From NCBI GenBank assembly GCA_964383815.1, contig CAYLIC010000003.1:3606-67605 (forward strand): 64,000 bases of DNA, written 5' to 3'. The notes under the pieces were generated by a model. The model was not told the origin of the DNA. It did not search any database and saw nothing but the letters and a program-made list of their open reading frames with translations. This stretch comes from an uncultured Faecalibacterium sp. GTDB lineage: Bacteria > Bacillota > Clostridia > Christensenellales > Aristaeellaceae. The translations under genes were made by a program, and so were the position numbers. Positions 47,334-56,925 of the stretch are shown in pieces. Position 1 is the stretch's first letter; the number at the start of each line of letters is the position of its first letter.

Positions 47334-48260
47334 ATGAAGGTGTACCGCAGCATTTCGGAGATGATTGGTCACACACCGCTGCTGGAGGTGGTGAACTACG
47401 AGCGGGACAACGGCCTGAACGCCACCATCCTGGCAAAGCTGGAGTGCTTCAACCCCGCAGGCAGCGCCAAGGATCGCGCTGCCCGTGCCATGCTGGACGA
47501 GGCGGAAAAGCGCGGCGCATTGCAGCCCGGCGGCACGGTGATTGAGCCTACCAGCGGCAACACGGGCATTGGCCTGGCAGCTGTGGGCCTGGCAAGAGGG
47601 TACAGGGTGATTCTCACCATGCCGGACAGCATGAGCGCCGAGCGCCGGAACCTGCTGAAGGCCTATGGCGCACAGCTGGTGCTGACCCCTGGCGCACAGG
47701 GCATGGCGGGCGCTGTTGCCAAGGCGGAGGAGCTGGCCCGGGATCTGCCGGGCAGTATCATTGCCGGGCAGTTTGACAACCCGGCGAACCCCGGCGCCCA
47801 CTATGCCACCACCGGCCCGGAAATCTGGCAGGATACGGATGGCAAGGTGGACATCTTCGTGGCGGGCGTGGGCACAGGCGGCACCATCAGCGGTGTGGGA
47901 AAATACCTGAAGGAGCAGAACCCCGCTGTCCGCATTGTGGCGGTGGAGCCTGCGGCTTCACCCCTGCTGAGCAGCGGCAAGGCCGGGCCCCACAAGCTGC
48001 AAGGTATTGGTGCCAACTTTGTGCCGGGGAACTTTGACAGGTGCGTGGTGGATGAAATCCTGCCGGTGGAGGCAGCTGATGCCTTTGCCGCAGGCCGCGC
48101 CATGACGAAGGAAGGCATGCTGGTGGGCATCACCTCCGGTGCGGCGCTCCATGCCGCCCGGGTGCTGGCCCAGCGCCCTGAAAACGCCGGCAAAACCATT
48201 GTAGCCTTCATGCCGGACACCGGGGAACGCTACCTCTCCACCGAACTGTTTGCCGAATGA
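47334..48260 (+). CDS. cysK: Cysteine synthase A (O-acetylserine sulfhydrylase)
   Basis: MIGHTPLLEV...LECFNPAGSAKDRAA...EPTSGNTGIGLA...GVGTGGTISG. Confidence 0.9.
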   Translation: MKVYRSISEMIGHTPLLEVVNYERDNGLNATILAKLECFNPAGSAKDRAARAMLDEAEKRGALQPGGTVIEPTSGNTGIGLAAVGLARGYRVILTMPDSMSAERRNLLKAYGAQLVLTPGAQGMAGAVAKAEELARDLPGSIIAGQFDNPANPGAHYATTGPEIWQDTDGKVDIFVAGVGTGGTISGVGKYLKEQNPAVRIVAVEPAASPLLSSGKAGPHKLQGIGANFVPGNFDRCVVDEILPVEAADAFAAGRAMTKEGMLVGITSGAALHAARVLAQRPENAGKTIVAFMPDTGERYLSTELFAE

Positions 48261-48267
48261 AAAAAAT

Positions 48268-48301
48268 CCCGCAAGCTGCAAAAACAGCCTGCGGTTTTTT
48301 T
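48268..48301. terminator. Bidirectional intrinsic terminator
   Basis: AAAAAAATCCCGCAAGCTG..CAGCCTGCGG followed by TTTTTTT. Confidence 0.6.
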
Positions 48302-48351
48302 ATGTAGCGCGGTGTACCCGATGCAGGAAATGTGCCAGGCCGCGCAGTCCC

Positions 48352-48413
48352 AAACGGGATTCTTAAGGGATGAAATCCCTTAAGCGGAGTCCAGAGGCAG
48401 AGCCTCTGGCGGG
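48352..48413 (+). repeat. Two-hairpin intergenic repeat, forward copy (closest to consensus)
   Basis: AAACGGGATTCTTAAGGGATGAAATCCCTTAAGCGGAGTCCAGAGGCAGAGCCTCTGGCGGG. Confidence 0.8.
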
Positions 48414-48434
48414 ACCCAGTGGCAGCGCCCCTGG

Positions 48435-50351
48435 TCATGAGGCGATGGCGTTGCCGGTGTAGAGCTGGTAGTACTTGCCCTGGAGGTCGATAAGCTGGTC
48501 GTGGGTGCCGCGCTCGATAATGCGGCCGTTCTCCAGCACCATGATGCAGTTGGCATCACGGACGGTGGAAAGCCTGTGGGCAATGACGAAGGTGGTGCGG
48601 CCTTTCATCAGTGCATCCATGCCCTGCTGCACCTGGGTCTCCGTGCGGGTATCGATGGAGGAGGTTGCCTCGTCCAGAATCAGGGCAGGCGGGTCAGCCA
48701 CGGCGGCGCGGGCAATGGCCAGCAGCTGGCGCTGGCCCTGAGACAGGTTGGCTCCATCGCCGGTGAGCACGGTGTTGTAGCCGTTCTCCAGGCGGCGGAT
48801 GAAGGCATCAGCATTCGCCAGCCTGGCAGCGGCGATGCACTCCTCATCGGTGGCATCCAGGCGACCGTAGCGGATGTTGTCCAGCACGGTGCCGGTGAAC
48901 AGGTGGGTGTCCTGCAGCACCATACCCAGGGAGCGGCGCAGGTCGTCCTTCTTAATCTTGTTGATGTTGATGTCGTCGTAGCGAATCTTGCCATCCTGAA
49001 TATCGTAGAAGCGGTTGATCAGGTTGGTAATGGTGGTTTTGCCGGCACCGGTGCCGCCGACAAAGGCCAGCTTCTGCCCGGGCATGGCATACATGGTGAT
49101 GTTGTGCAGCACGGTTTTCTCTTCAGTGTAGCCAAAGTCCACATCGTCGAAGGTCACGCCGCCTTCCAGCTTCTTGTAGGTCACCGTGCCATCCTGGTGC
49201 GGGTGCTTCCAGGCCCACAGGCCGGTGCGGTGGTCGGCTTCCGTCAGGGTGCCATCGGCATTTTCAATGGCGTTCACCAGCTCCACATAGCCTTCATCCG
49301 CCTCGGGCTTTTCGTCCATCATGGCAAAGACCCGGCTGGCGCCAGCCATGGCCATGACGATGGTGTTCAGCAGCTGCGCCACCTGGGTGACGGGCTGGGT
49401 GAAGTTTTTGTTCAGGGTCAGGAAGGACACCAGGCGGCCCAGGGACAGATTCCAGCCGGAGAGCGCCATGGCGGCGCCGCACACGGCAATCAGCACATAG
49501 CTGATGTGCCCCAGGTTGTTGTTGATAGGCCCAAGGCGGTTGGAATAGCTGTTGGCATTCTCGGCAGAGGAGCGCAGCTCTTCATTCAGGGCGCGGAACT
49601 TCTCGATGGCCTTGTCCTCATGGCAGAAGACCTTAACCACCTTCTGGCCTTCCATCATTTCTTCAATGTAGCCGTTCACCTGGCCCAGGTTTTTCTGCTG
49701 GGCCACAAAATAGGTGCCGGCCTTGCTGCTGAACTTGCCTGCGGTGAACATCATCACGCCAATCATCACCAGGGACAGAAGCGTTAGCGGGAAGGACATG
49801 TTCACCATGCTGACAAAGGTGGAAACGATGGTGATGGCGGAATTGATCACCTGGGGAAGGGTGTTGCCAATCAGCTGGCGCAGGGTGTCCACGTCGTTGG
49901 TGTAGACGGACATGATGTCGCCATGGGCGTGGGTGTCGAAGTAGCTGATGGGCAGCTTTTCCATGTTGGAGAAAAGCTCGGTGCGGATGGCCAGCATGCT
50001 GCCCTGGCTCACATTAACCATGATGCGGTTGTAGCTGTAGGAGCTGAGCAGGGCAATGGACAGCCAGACAGCCAGCTTGCCAATGGCGGCTGCCAGGGGG
50101 CCAAAGTCCGGGGTCAGGCCGGCCTCCTTGTCTGCCAGCATGGGGAGAATGTAATCGTCAATCAGGGTTTGGGTGAACAGGGTGCCCTGCAGGGAGGTGA
50201 GCACGGAAATCACAATCAGCACGGCAACAGCCAGGAAGTGCCACTTATACCTTGCCAGGACAAACTTCATCAGCCGCATCAGAATCTTGCCCTGTCCCTT
50301 AAAGGACTGCCTGGGCATCACGGGACCGCGGCCACGGGGACCTCTCATCAT
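48435..50351 (-). CDS. ABC exporter, fused permease/ATPase (heterodimer subunit B)
   Basis: 6 TM helices plus an NBD: GGTGAGKTT (Walker A), LSQGQRQLLAIARA (signature), ILDEATS (Walker B). Confidence 0.9.
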   Translation of the reverse strand: MMRGPRGRGPVMPRQSFKGQGKILMRLMKFVLARYKWHFLAVAVLIVISVLTSLQGTLFTQTLIDDYILPMLADKEAGLTPDFGPLAAAIGKLAVWLSIALLSSYSYNRIMVNVSQGSMLAIRTELFSNMEKLPISYFDTHAHGDIMSVYTNDVDTLRQLIGNTLPQVINSAITIVSTFVSMVNMSFPLTLLSLVMIGVMMFTAGKFSSKAGTYFVAQQKNLGQVNGYIEEMMEGQKVVKVFCHEDKAIEKFRALNEELRSSAENANSYSNRLGPINNNLGHISYVLIAVCGAAMALSGWNLSLGRLVSFLTLNKNFTQPVTQVAQLLNTIVMAMAGASRVFAMMDEKPEADEGYVELVNAIENADGTLTEADHRTGLWAWKHPHQDGTVTYKKLEGGVTFDDVDFGYTEEKTVLHNITMYAMPGQKLAFVGGTGAGKTTITNLINRFYDIQDGKIRYDDININKIKKDDLRRSLGMVLQDTHLFTGTVLDNIRYGRLDATDEECIAAARLANADAFIRRLENGYNTVLTGDGANLSQGQRQLLAIARAAVADPPALILDEATSSIDTRTETQVQQGMDALMKGRTTFVIAHRLSTVRDANCIMVLENGRIIERGTHDQLIDLQGKYYQLYTGNAIAS

Positions 50352-52120
50352 TGCAGGTCGCCTCCCTTCTCGTCGGGCGCAGGCTCGTCAAAATCGCCGC
50401 TGCCCTGGGTTTGCGTTTCGTAAATCTCGCGGTAAATCTCATTGGTAGCCAGCAGGTTTTCATGGGTGTCGAAGGCGGAAATGCAGCCATCGTCCATGAC
50501 GATAATCCGGTCGGCCTGCTCCACAGAGGCCACGCGCTGGGCAATGATAATCTTGGTGGTGCCGGGAATCTTCTGGGCAAAGGCACGGCGGATTTTCGCA
50601 TCGGTGGCGGTGTCCACAGCGGAGGTAGAATCGTCCAGAATCAGCACGCGGGGTTTCTTCAGCAGGGCGCGGGCAATGCACAGGCGCTGCTTCTGCCCGC
50701 CGGAAACATTGGTGCCGCCCTGCTCAATCCAGGTGTTGTAGCCATCGGGCAGGCGGTCGATAAACTCATCAGCGCAGGCCTGGCGGCACACCTCCCGGCA
50801 TTCCTCCTCGGTGGCATCCTCCTTGCCCCAGCGCAGGTTGTCCAGGATGGTGCCGGAGAACAGCACGTTCTTCTGCAGCACCACGGCCACCTGGTTGCGC
50901 AGGGTATCCAGGTCGTAGTTGCGCACGTCCTGGCCGCCCACGCACACGGAGCCGTCCGTCACATCGTACAGGCGGCTGATCAGGTTCACCAGGGAGGATT
51001 TGCCGCAGCCGGTGCTGCCGATGATGCCAATGGTTTCGCCGGACTTGATGTGCAGGTCAATATCGTGGAGCACATCCTCGCCGCTGCCGGTCTTGTAGTA
51101 GGAGAAGTTCACATGGTTGAAGTCGATGGCGCCGTCCTTCACATCGCAAACGGGGTTCTCCGGGTTCACAATGTCGGGCTTCTCGTCCAGCACTTCGCAA
51201 ATGCGCTGACCGGACGCCGTGGACATGGTCAGCATAACGAAAATCATGGACAGCATCATCAGGGACATGAGGGTGCTCATCACATAGCTGAACAGGGAGG
51301 TCAGCTCGCCGGTGGAAAGGCTGCCAGCCACAATAAAATTGGCGCCAAACCAGCTCAGCATAATGATGCAGCCGTACACAATCAGCATCATGAAGGGGTT
51401 GTTCAGGGCGATGATGCTTTCCGCCTTCACAAACAGCTTGTAGACATTTTCCGCAGCCCTGGTAAACTTGCTGGTTTCGTGCTCCTCCCGGACGAAGGCC
51501 TTCACCACGCGGATGGCGGAAACGTTTTCCTGTACAGAGGCATTCAGCGCATCATACTTCTTGAACACCTGGCGGAACAGCTTGGACACGATGCTGATGA
51601 TGGTGAACAGCACCGCCGCCAGCACCACCAGCGCCGCCAGGAAAATCAGGCTCAGCCGATGGTTAATCACAAAGCACATGACCATGGAGCAAATCATGGT
51701 CAGGGGCGCGCGGACGGCAATGCGCAGAATCATCTGGAAGGCGTTCTGCACGTTGCTCACATCGGTGGTCATGCGGGTGATGAGGCCGGCGGTAGAGAAC
51801 TTATCAATGTTGGAAAAGGAGAAGGTCTGCACCGTTTCATACATGGCGTCCCGCAGGTTGTAGGCAAAGCCGGAGGAGGCCTTGGCGGCGGTTTTGGCAG
51901 CGGCAACGCCGAAGAACAGGCTTAGGAAAGCCAGCACCAGCATAAACGCACCATACTTGATGATTTCCCCCATACTGCCAGCCTGGATACCCTTGTCTAT
52001 CAGGGAGGCGGTGGTGAAGGGAATCAGCACCTCCATCAGCACCTCCAGCGCAGCAAAAAGGGGCGTGAGGATTGAAACAGCCTTGTATTCCTTGATCTGT
52101 TTCATGAGGGTTTTCAGCAT
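50348..52120 (-). CDS. ABC exporter, fused permease/ATPase (heterodimer subunit A)
   Basis: GSTGCGKSS (Walker A), VSGGQKQRLCIARA, ILDDSTS. 4-bp overlap with its partner. Confidence 0.9.
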   Translation of the reverse strand: MLKTLMKQIKEYKAVSILTPLFAALEVLMEVLIPFTTASLIDKGIQAGSMGEIIKYGAFMLVLAFLSLFFGVAAAKTAAKASSGFAYNLRDAMYETVQTFSFSNIDKFSTAGLITRMTTDVSNVQNAFQMILRIAVRAPLTMICSMVMCFVINHRLSLIFLAALVVLAAVLFTIISIVSKLFRQVFKKYDALNASVQENVSAIRVVKAFVREEHETSKFTRAAENVYKLFVKAESIIALNNPFMMLIVYGCIIMLSWFGANFIVAGSLSTGELTSLFSYVMSTLMSLMMLSMIFVMLTMSTASGQRICEVLDEKPDIVNPENPVCDVKDGAIDFNHVNFSYYKTGSGEDVLHDIDLHIKSGETIGIIGSTGCGKSSLVNLISRLYDVTDGSVCVGGQDVRNYDLDTLRNQVAVVLQKNVLFSGTILDNLRWGKEDATEEECREVCRQACADEFIDRLPDGYNTWIEQGGTNVSGGQKQRLCIARALLKKPRVLILDDSTSAVDTATDAKIRRAFAQKIPGTTKIIIAQRVASVEQADRIIVMDDGCISAFDTHENLLATNEIYREIYETQTQGSGDFDEPAPDEKGGDLQ

Positions 52121-52175
52121 AGGTCGGGATCATCCTTTCTTCACAAAGACCCTTTACATAAATGAATCACTCTTA

Positions 52176-52204
52176 AGTATAGTCAAACCATAAAAACATG
52201 TCAA
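52176..52204 (-). promoter_or_regulatory. Sigma-70-type promoter of the ABC exporter operon
   Basis: Minus strand TTGACA-17 nt-TATACT. Confidence 0.5.
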
Positions 52205-52284
52205 CGCGAACACATTGAATATTTTGTGAACAATTCTGCCTTCATAGCAACGCGCCTGCCACATACAGCAGCAGGCGCGGCGGG

Positions 52285-53667
52285 TCAATCGTCAAAGTAC
52301 GCCTCATCGTCGGCAGCGGCGCCGCCGTTCAAAAGCAGGTTCAGCACCTGATGCTCCTCCAGCAGGTCCATCAGGCTCTGCATGGTGTTCACGGGCACGC
52401 GGGTCAGCAGCGGAAGGATGCCTTCCAGCATGGGGGAACCTATCCTGGAAAGAAGCTCGGTCAGGGTGACATCGTTCATGGAGAGCAGGTTGAAGCTGCT
52501 TTCCAGCTGGGCATTGGTGAACTCCGGGGTTTTGTCCGGGGTGTAGTGCTGCACCGTGCCGGACAGGGTCAGCTGAGGCTGGCGGGTTTCGGCATTCAGA
52601 AGGGACAGGGCCAGCATGCCGTTTTCCTCCTGGCCTTCCAGCAGCAGGTGGGTTTCCCGGGCCATCGCCTCGCCGCTCACGTCCAGCCGCAGGCGGAGCG
52701 GTGCATTCAGCTGCCAGCTCTTCAGGCCTGCAAGGCCTTCCGCCTGGAGGGACAGGGCCAGCACAGTGGCCTCCGCATCATCGGTGATGGTCAGCTGCAG
52801 CTGCTCCTCCCCGGTGGGCTGGGCGGCATAGCGGGCGGAAACGGCATAGCCGTTGGTGGTGGCGGGCAGCGCCAGGCTCCAGGCAGAAACGGTGTCCTCC
52901 ACCGTGCGGGTGAGAAGGGTTACATCACCGGTGCGCCAGGTTTCGGTGGCGCCCTGCTGGGCGATGGTAATGCCGTCCTCCGCCACAAAGCTCTCTGCCC
53001 AGGCGGGTAAGTCCATCAGGGCCTCGGCAACCGTTTCGTCATAGCCGGCCTCCATGGTCAGCGCCTGCACCCAGAACTGGAAGGCCCTATCCCCGCTGGC
53101 AATGTCTGCCATTTCACGGGCCAGGGCGATGGTCTGCTGCCTCGTGATGGTGCGCGGGCCGCTCTGGGCCAGCATGGTCTGCCGCCATGCGCTGGTCAGG
53201 GAGTCCAGGGCGCTGGTGTGCACATAGGGCGAGACCAGCAGGGCAAGGCGCTGCAGGGGAATATCTAGGTGGAAGTAGGCCTTCATGGAAAACTCCAGCA
53301 GGGCCACCAGGTTGATGAAGAGGGTTTCATCGCCCAGGAGGCTGGAGTTGATTCCCCAGGCCGATTCGGTGCCGAAAACCCGCAGGGAGGTGCGGGTGCT
53401 GTCCTGCCCGCCCAGGGTGAGGATGGTGTTCAGGTCAAAGCAGCCGGTGAAGGAGCTTTCCAGGGTGCCCTCCAGGGTGATGATGTTCACCAGCTCAGCC
53501 AGGCTGGACATAAGGGGCTGCTGCTCCCTGGGAAAGGCGGCGCCATCCATTTGAAACCCCAGGTGGAAGCGCAGGCCGGAGGCGTCCTGGTCGGCAAAGG
53601 CCAGGGTGGGAACCAGCATGCACAGGCACAGAAGCGCGCACAGGGTGCGGCGGAAAATGGAACGCAT
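52285..53667 (-). CDS. Secreted hypothetical protein (no recognisable domain)
   Basis: Signal MRSIFRRTLCALLCLCMLVPTLAFA; 460 aa; acidic C-terminus AADDEAYFDD. Codon usage is consistent with the neighbours. Confidence 0.6.
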   Translation of the reverse strand: MRSIFRRTLCALLCLCMLVPTLAFADQDASGLRFHLGFQMDGAAFPREQQPLMSSLAELVNIITLEGTLESSFTGCFDLNTILTLGGQDSTRTSLRVFGTESAWGINSSLLGDETLFINLVALLEFSMKAYFHLDIPLQRLALLVSPYVHTSALDSLTSAWRQTMLAQSGPRTITRQQTIALAREMADIASGDRAFQFWVQALTMEAGYDETVAEALMDLPAWAESFVAEDGITIAQQGATETWRTGDVTLLTRTVEDTVSAWSLALPATTNGYAVSARYAAQPTGEEQLQLTITDDAEATVLALSLQAEGLAGLKSWQLNAPLRLRLDVSGEAMARETHLLLEGQEENGMLALSLLNAETRQPQLTLSGTVQHYTPDKTPEFTNAQLESSFNLLSMNDVTLTELLSRIGSPMLEGILPLLTRVPVNTMQSLMDLLEEHQVLNLLLNGGAAADDEAYFDD

Positions 53668-53688
53668 GGGGTACCTCGCTTTCTGTTT

Positions 53689-55308
53689 TTAGCCCCAAAG
53701 GAGGGACAGTGCGGGAACAATCTGCTTCTTGCGGCTGACAACCCCGGGCAGGAACACATGGTGCTCCGGCGCCTCCGCCACGTTGAAGGCCATGCGGATC
53801 ACATCCTCATCGCCCAGGAAAACCAGCTCGGTGCCTTCGCGCAGCACGTCGGTCAGCATCAGCAGCTGCAGGTCGTAGCCGTTGGCCTGCTTCATTTTTT
53901 CCATGGCGGGCAAAAGCTCCGGCAGGCGGGCCAGCACACCCTCTGCATCCAGGCAGGTAATCTGCCCAATGCCCAGGCTGTGCCCGGCAATGTGGAACTC
54001 CTTAAAATCGGTGCCCAGCAGCTCCTTAACGGATTTCCCGGCGCTGGAGCCGATGGAGAAGATTTCCTTGCCCAGGGCCTCCAGGTCAATGCCTGCAATG
54101 CGGGCCAGGCGCTCCGCCATGCGGCGGTCGTGGCTGGTGCAGGTGGGGGACTTGAACATGACCGTATCGGACAGGATGGCGGCAGCCATCAGGCCTGCCA
54201 GCCGCCGGGAAGGCATCAGCCCGCGCTCCTGGTACATGGTGGCCACAATGGTGGTGGTGGAGCCAACGGGCTCGTTCCGCATGAAAACCGGGTTGCCCGT
54301 CTGCACATCCGCCAGGCGGTGGTGGTCAATAATGGCCAGGATCTCTGCCTGCTCCAGCCCATCAACAGACTGGGCGCGCTCGTTATGGTCCACCAGCACC
54401 ACCCGCTTGCGGCTGGGGCGGATCAGGTGATAGCGGCTCAGGGTGCCCACAACCTTCTGGTTTTCATCCAGCACGGGGTAGGAGCGATAGCGGCTTTGCA
54501 GCACGGCATCGCGCACATCGTCGATATAATCGTCCAGGTGGAAGTGAACGATGTTGCTGATCTGCGCAACGCGGCCAATGGGCATAGCCTGATAAATCAT
54601 GCGGGCAGCCCGGTAGGCGTCGCAGGGTGTGGCAATCATGCAGGTTTTGCTGGAAAGGCCACGGTACTTTTCCGCCAGGCTGGTCTGGCACAGAATAACG
54701 CAGCTGGCCTGGGCCTGCAGGGCCTGCTCCACCACGTCCTCCTGCTGCCCGCAGATGACCACGCTGCCTTCCTTCACGCAGGGTGCGCAGCCATCGCCGG
54801 TGGGCAGGGCGATGACCACATCGCCGGAAATGCTGTCGAACACGTCGCTTTCATCGTTGATGATGAGGCCTTCCAGGGCGGAAAGCAGGTTGAACACGGG
54901 CACCTGGTCGATGGCGGGGTGCTGGATGGACTCCATGTCCTTCTCGGCAATGCTGCCGGTGGTAATCATGCCGAACAGGTGACCCTGCTCGTCCGTTACG
55001 GGCACGGCGGAAAGGCCGGTGTTGCTTCGCAGCACCTCCCACGCCCGGCTGACCGCCACACCGGAGGACAGCATGGGCGGCCTGTCGAAGGCCACGTCCC
55101 GCACCTGGGTGCGCACGGTGCTGATGTACTGAGGCGCTTCAAAGCCGAAACGCTCCAGGAGAAAGGTGGTTTCATCGTTGATATGCCCCAGGCGGGCGGC
55201 AACATAGTCGCTGTTGCCCAGGGCGTTGTTCAGCGCGGCATAGGCCATTGCGGACACCACCGAGTCCGTGTCCGGGTTACGGTGACCGAAAACATATATG
55301 GGATCCAT
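53689..55308 (-). CDS. ppaC: CBS-domain-containing family II (DHH/DHHA2) inorganic pyrophosphatase
   Basis: MDPIYVFGHRNPDTDSVVSAMAYA (DHH motif I)...an inserted CBS pair...LVDHNE...IIDHHR...DHHA2 C-terminus. Confidence 0.8.
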   Translation of the reverse strand: MDPIYVFGHRNPDTDSVVSAMAYAALNNALGNSDYVAARLGHINDETTFLLERFGFEAPQYISTVRTQVRDVAFDRPPMLSSGVAVSRAWEVLRSNTGLSAVPVTDEQGHLFGMITTGSIAEKDMESIQHPAIDQVPVFNLLSALEGLIINDESDVFDSISGDVVIALPTGDGCAPCVKEGSVVICGQQEDVVEQALQAQASCVILCQTSLAEKYRGLSSKTCMIATPCDAYRAARMIYQAMPIGRVAQISNIVHFHLDDYIDDVRDAVLQSRYRSYPVLDENQKVVGTLSRYHLIRPSRKRVVLVDHNERAQSVDGLEQAEILAIIDHHRLADVQTGNPVFMRNEPVGSTTTIVATMYQERGLMPSRRLAGLMAAAILSDTVMFKSPTCTSHDRRMAERLARIAGIDLEALGKEIFSIGSSAGKSVKELLGTDFKEFHIAGHSLGIGQITCLDAEGVLARLPELLPAMEKMKQANGYDLQLLMLTDVLREGTELVFLGDEDVIRMAFNVAEAPEHHVFLPGVVSRKKQIVPALSLLWG

Positions 55309-55332
55309 GGGTATGCCTCCTTCATGGTGGTG

Positions 55333-56226
55333 CTATTCTTCGTCAACAACCGTCCAGGTGTCCGGGTCGCTGTCGATGGCGGTCTCCATGGCCTGGTCGA
55401 TGGCGGCCTGGGTGGCCTGGCTGGCAATGCCATTGGGGGAAAGACCCAGGGCGGCTTGGAAAGCCTTTACTGCTGCCACAGTGCCGCTGCCGAAAACGCC
55501 ATCGGCCTTGCCTGCTTCCAAATAGCCCAGGTAGGCCAGCTTTTCCTGCAAGGCCTGCACCTTAAGGCCGCTGTTGCCCGCGCGCATGGTGTAGTCTGCC
55601 ACATCATGCACGGTGCCATAGCCCAGGATGCGGCTGTAGGTCAGGTCGTACACATTGCGCTGCACGGCGGAGGGCGCATTGCCTTCCAGCACATGCACCT
55701 GCACGCTGCCGTTTTCGTCCCGGGTGCAGTATTCCACCATGGCCACATGGTCGGTATCCTGGGTGTTTGTCCAGGTGAAGAATACCCAGTCCCCGGGCTG
55801 GGGGATATAGTCCCCGGTGCGGATGTAGCTCTCGCTGCCCCTGAGCCACTGGTAGCCCCAGTCCTGCAGGAAGCCATTGCGGACAATGTACCGCCCCTGC
55901 CGGATAAACCAGCTGCGCCCGGTGTTGCTGCCGGAGTACAGGGGGTAAATGTGGCGCAGAAGCTGGGTGCCGTAGCGCTGATCCACCTGATCCACGCACC
56001 AGCACAGGTATTCGGCACACCACTGGGCATAGGGGTCGCCAGCCCACTGACCATACTTGCTCCAGCCGTGGTCACCCTCGGTGTAGCCAACCTCCCCGGC
56101 GGCAATCTCCAGCAGGTGTGTCACATAATCCGGTACCTGCCAGGCAGGAGGAATGACGGTGGCCTCGCCCTGGGCGGAGGCGCACAAAAGAAGCAGCGCA
56201 CATACCAGCGTCAGCAGCCTCTTCAT
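55333..56226 (-). CDS. Secreted CHAP-domain peptidoglycan hydrolase with a C-terminal PG_binding_1 domain
   Basis: Signal MKRLLTLVCALLLLCASAQG; YAQWCAEYLCWC (catalytic Cys region)...DHVAMV...; C-terminus GNSGLKVQALQEKLAYLGYL..ADGVFGSGTVAAVKAFQ. Confidence 0.75.
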   Translation of the reverse strand: MKRLLTLVCALLLLCASAQGEATVIPPAWQVPDYVTHLLEIAAGEVGYTEGDHGWSKYGQWAGDPYAQWCAEYLCWCVDQVDQRYGTQLLRHIYPLYSGSNTGRSWFIRQGRYIVRNGFLQDWGYQWLRGSESYIRTGDYIPQPGDWVFFTWTNTQDTDHVAMVEYCTRDENGSVQVHVLEGNAPSAVQRNVYDLTYSRILGYGTVHDVADYTMRAGNSGLKVQALQEKLAYLGYLEAGKADGVFGSGTVAAVKAFQAALGLSPNGIASQATQAAIDQAMETAIDSDPDTWTVVDEE

Positions 56227-56238
56227 GGGCAAACCTCC

Positions 56239-56925
56239 TTACAAATGCACGGGAACGGTGCCGGTGATGGTGCAGCTCTCCGGGGTTACACGGCACAGGG
56301 CAGCGGTGATGCGCACGCCGGCGGTGCGGGCCTCCCGCAAGGCCTGGGCAAAGGCCGGGTCGGTACCATCGTTGGGCGAAAGACCCCGCACATTGTCCCG
56401 CTGGATAACAAAGCACACGCCCGCATCATACCCGGCCTGCCGGGCGGCGATTAACTCCCGCAGGTGCCTGGCGCCGCGCTCCGTGGGCGCATCGGGGAAA
56501 TAGGCCATGCCCTTTGCGTCAAACAGGGTAACGCCCTTTACCTCGGCAAAGCCGGGCACATCCCCCAGCCGGTAGGCGAAATCAAACCGGGATGCGCCGT
56601 AGCGAACCTCCGGCTGCAGAGCAGTCAGGCCTGGCAGGTAGCCGCCCTGGCTGGCCCATTCGGCAAAGATGGCGTTGGGCGCCTGGCTGTCCATGTTGAT
56701 GGTATAGCCGTCCTTCTCCACCGCCACCAGGTCGAAGCGGGTCTTCCGGGCAGGATTGTCGCTTTCCTCCAGCCACACATGGCAGCCGGGAATCAAAAGC
56801 TCACGGCAGCGCCCGGTGTTCTTCACATGGCAGAGGGCGGTTCCGCCATCCACCAGGCAGCGGGCAATGAACCTGTTGGGCCGGGCAAGAAAGGTGGCCT
56901 GCCGCAAACGGTGGTACAGCCTCAT
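56239..56925 (-). CDS. sfsA: Sugar fermentation stimulation protein SfsA (nuclease-fold DNA-binding protein)
   Basis: ATFLARPNRFIARCLVDGGTALCHVKNTGRCRELL...AEVKGVTL...FPDAPTERGARHLREL. Confidence 0.85.
   Translation of the reverse strand: MRLYHRLRQATFLARPNRFIARCLVDGGTALCHVKNTGRCRELLIPGCHVWLEESDNPARKTRFDLVAVEKDGYTINMDSQAPNAIFAEWASQGGYLPGLTALQPEVRYGASRFDFAYRLGDVPGFAEVKGVTLFDAKGMAYFPDAPTERGARHLRELIAARQAGYDAGVCFVIQRDNVRGLSPNDGTDPAFAQALREARTAGVRITAALCRVTPESCTITGTVPVHL

Noticed and set aside
53269-56454. 1061-aa plus-strand ORF, the longest in the track
   Set aside because: It is antisense to four separate minus-strand genes (the hypothetical protein, ppaC, the CHAP hydrolase and sfsA) and crosses their intergenic SD and start regions. 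Its composition is G/A/H/V/Q-rich with no motifs.
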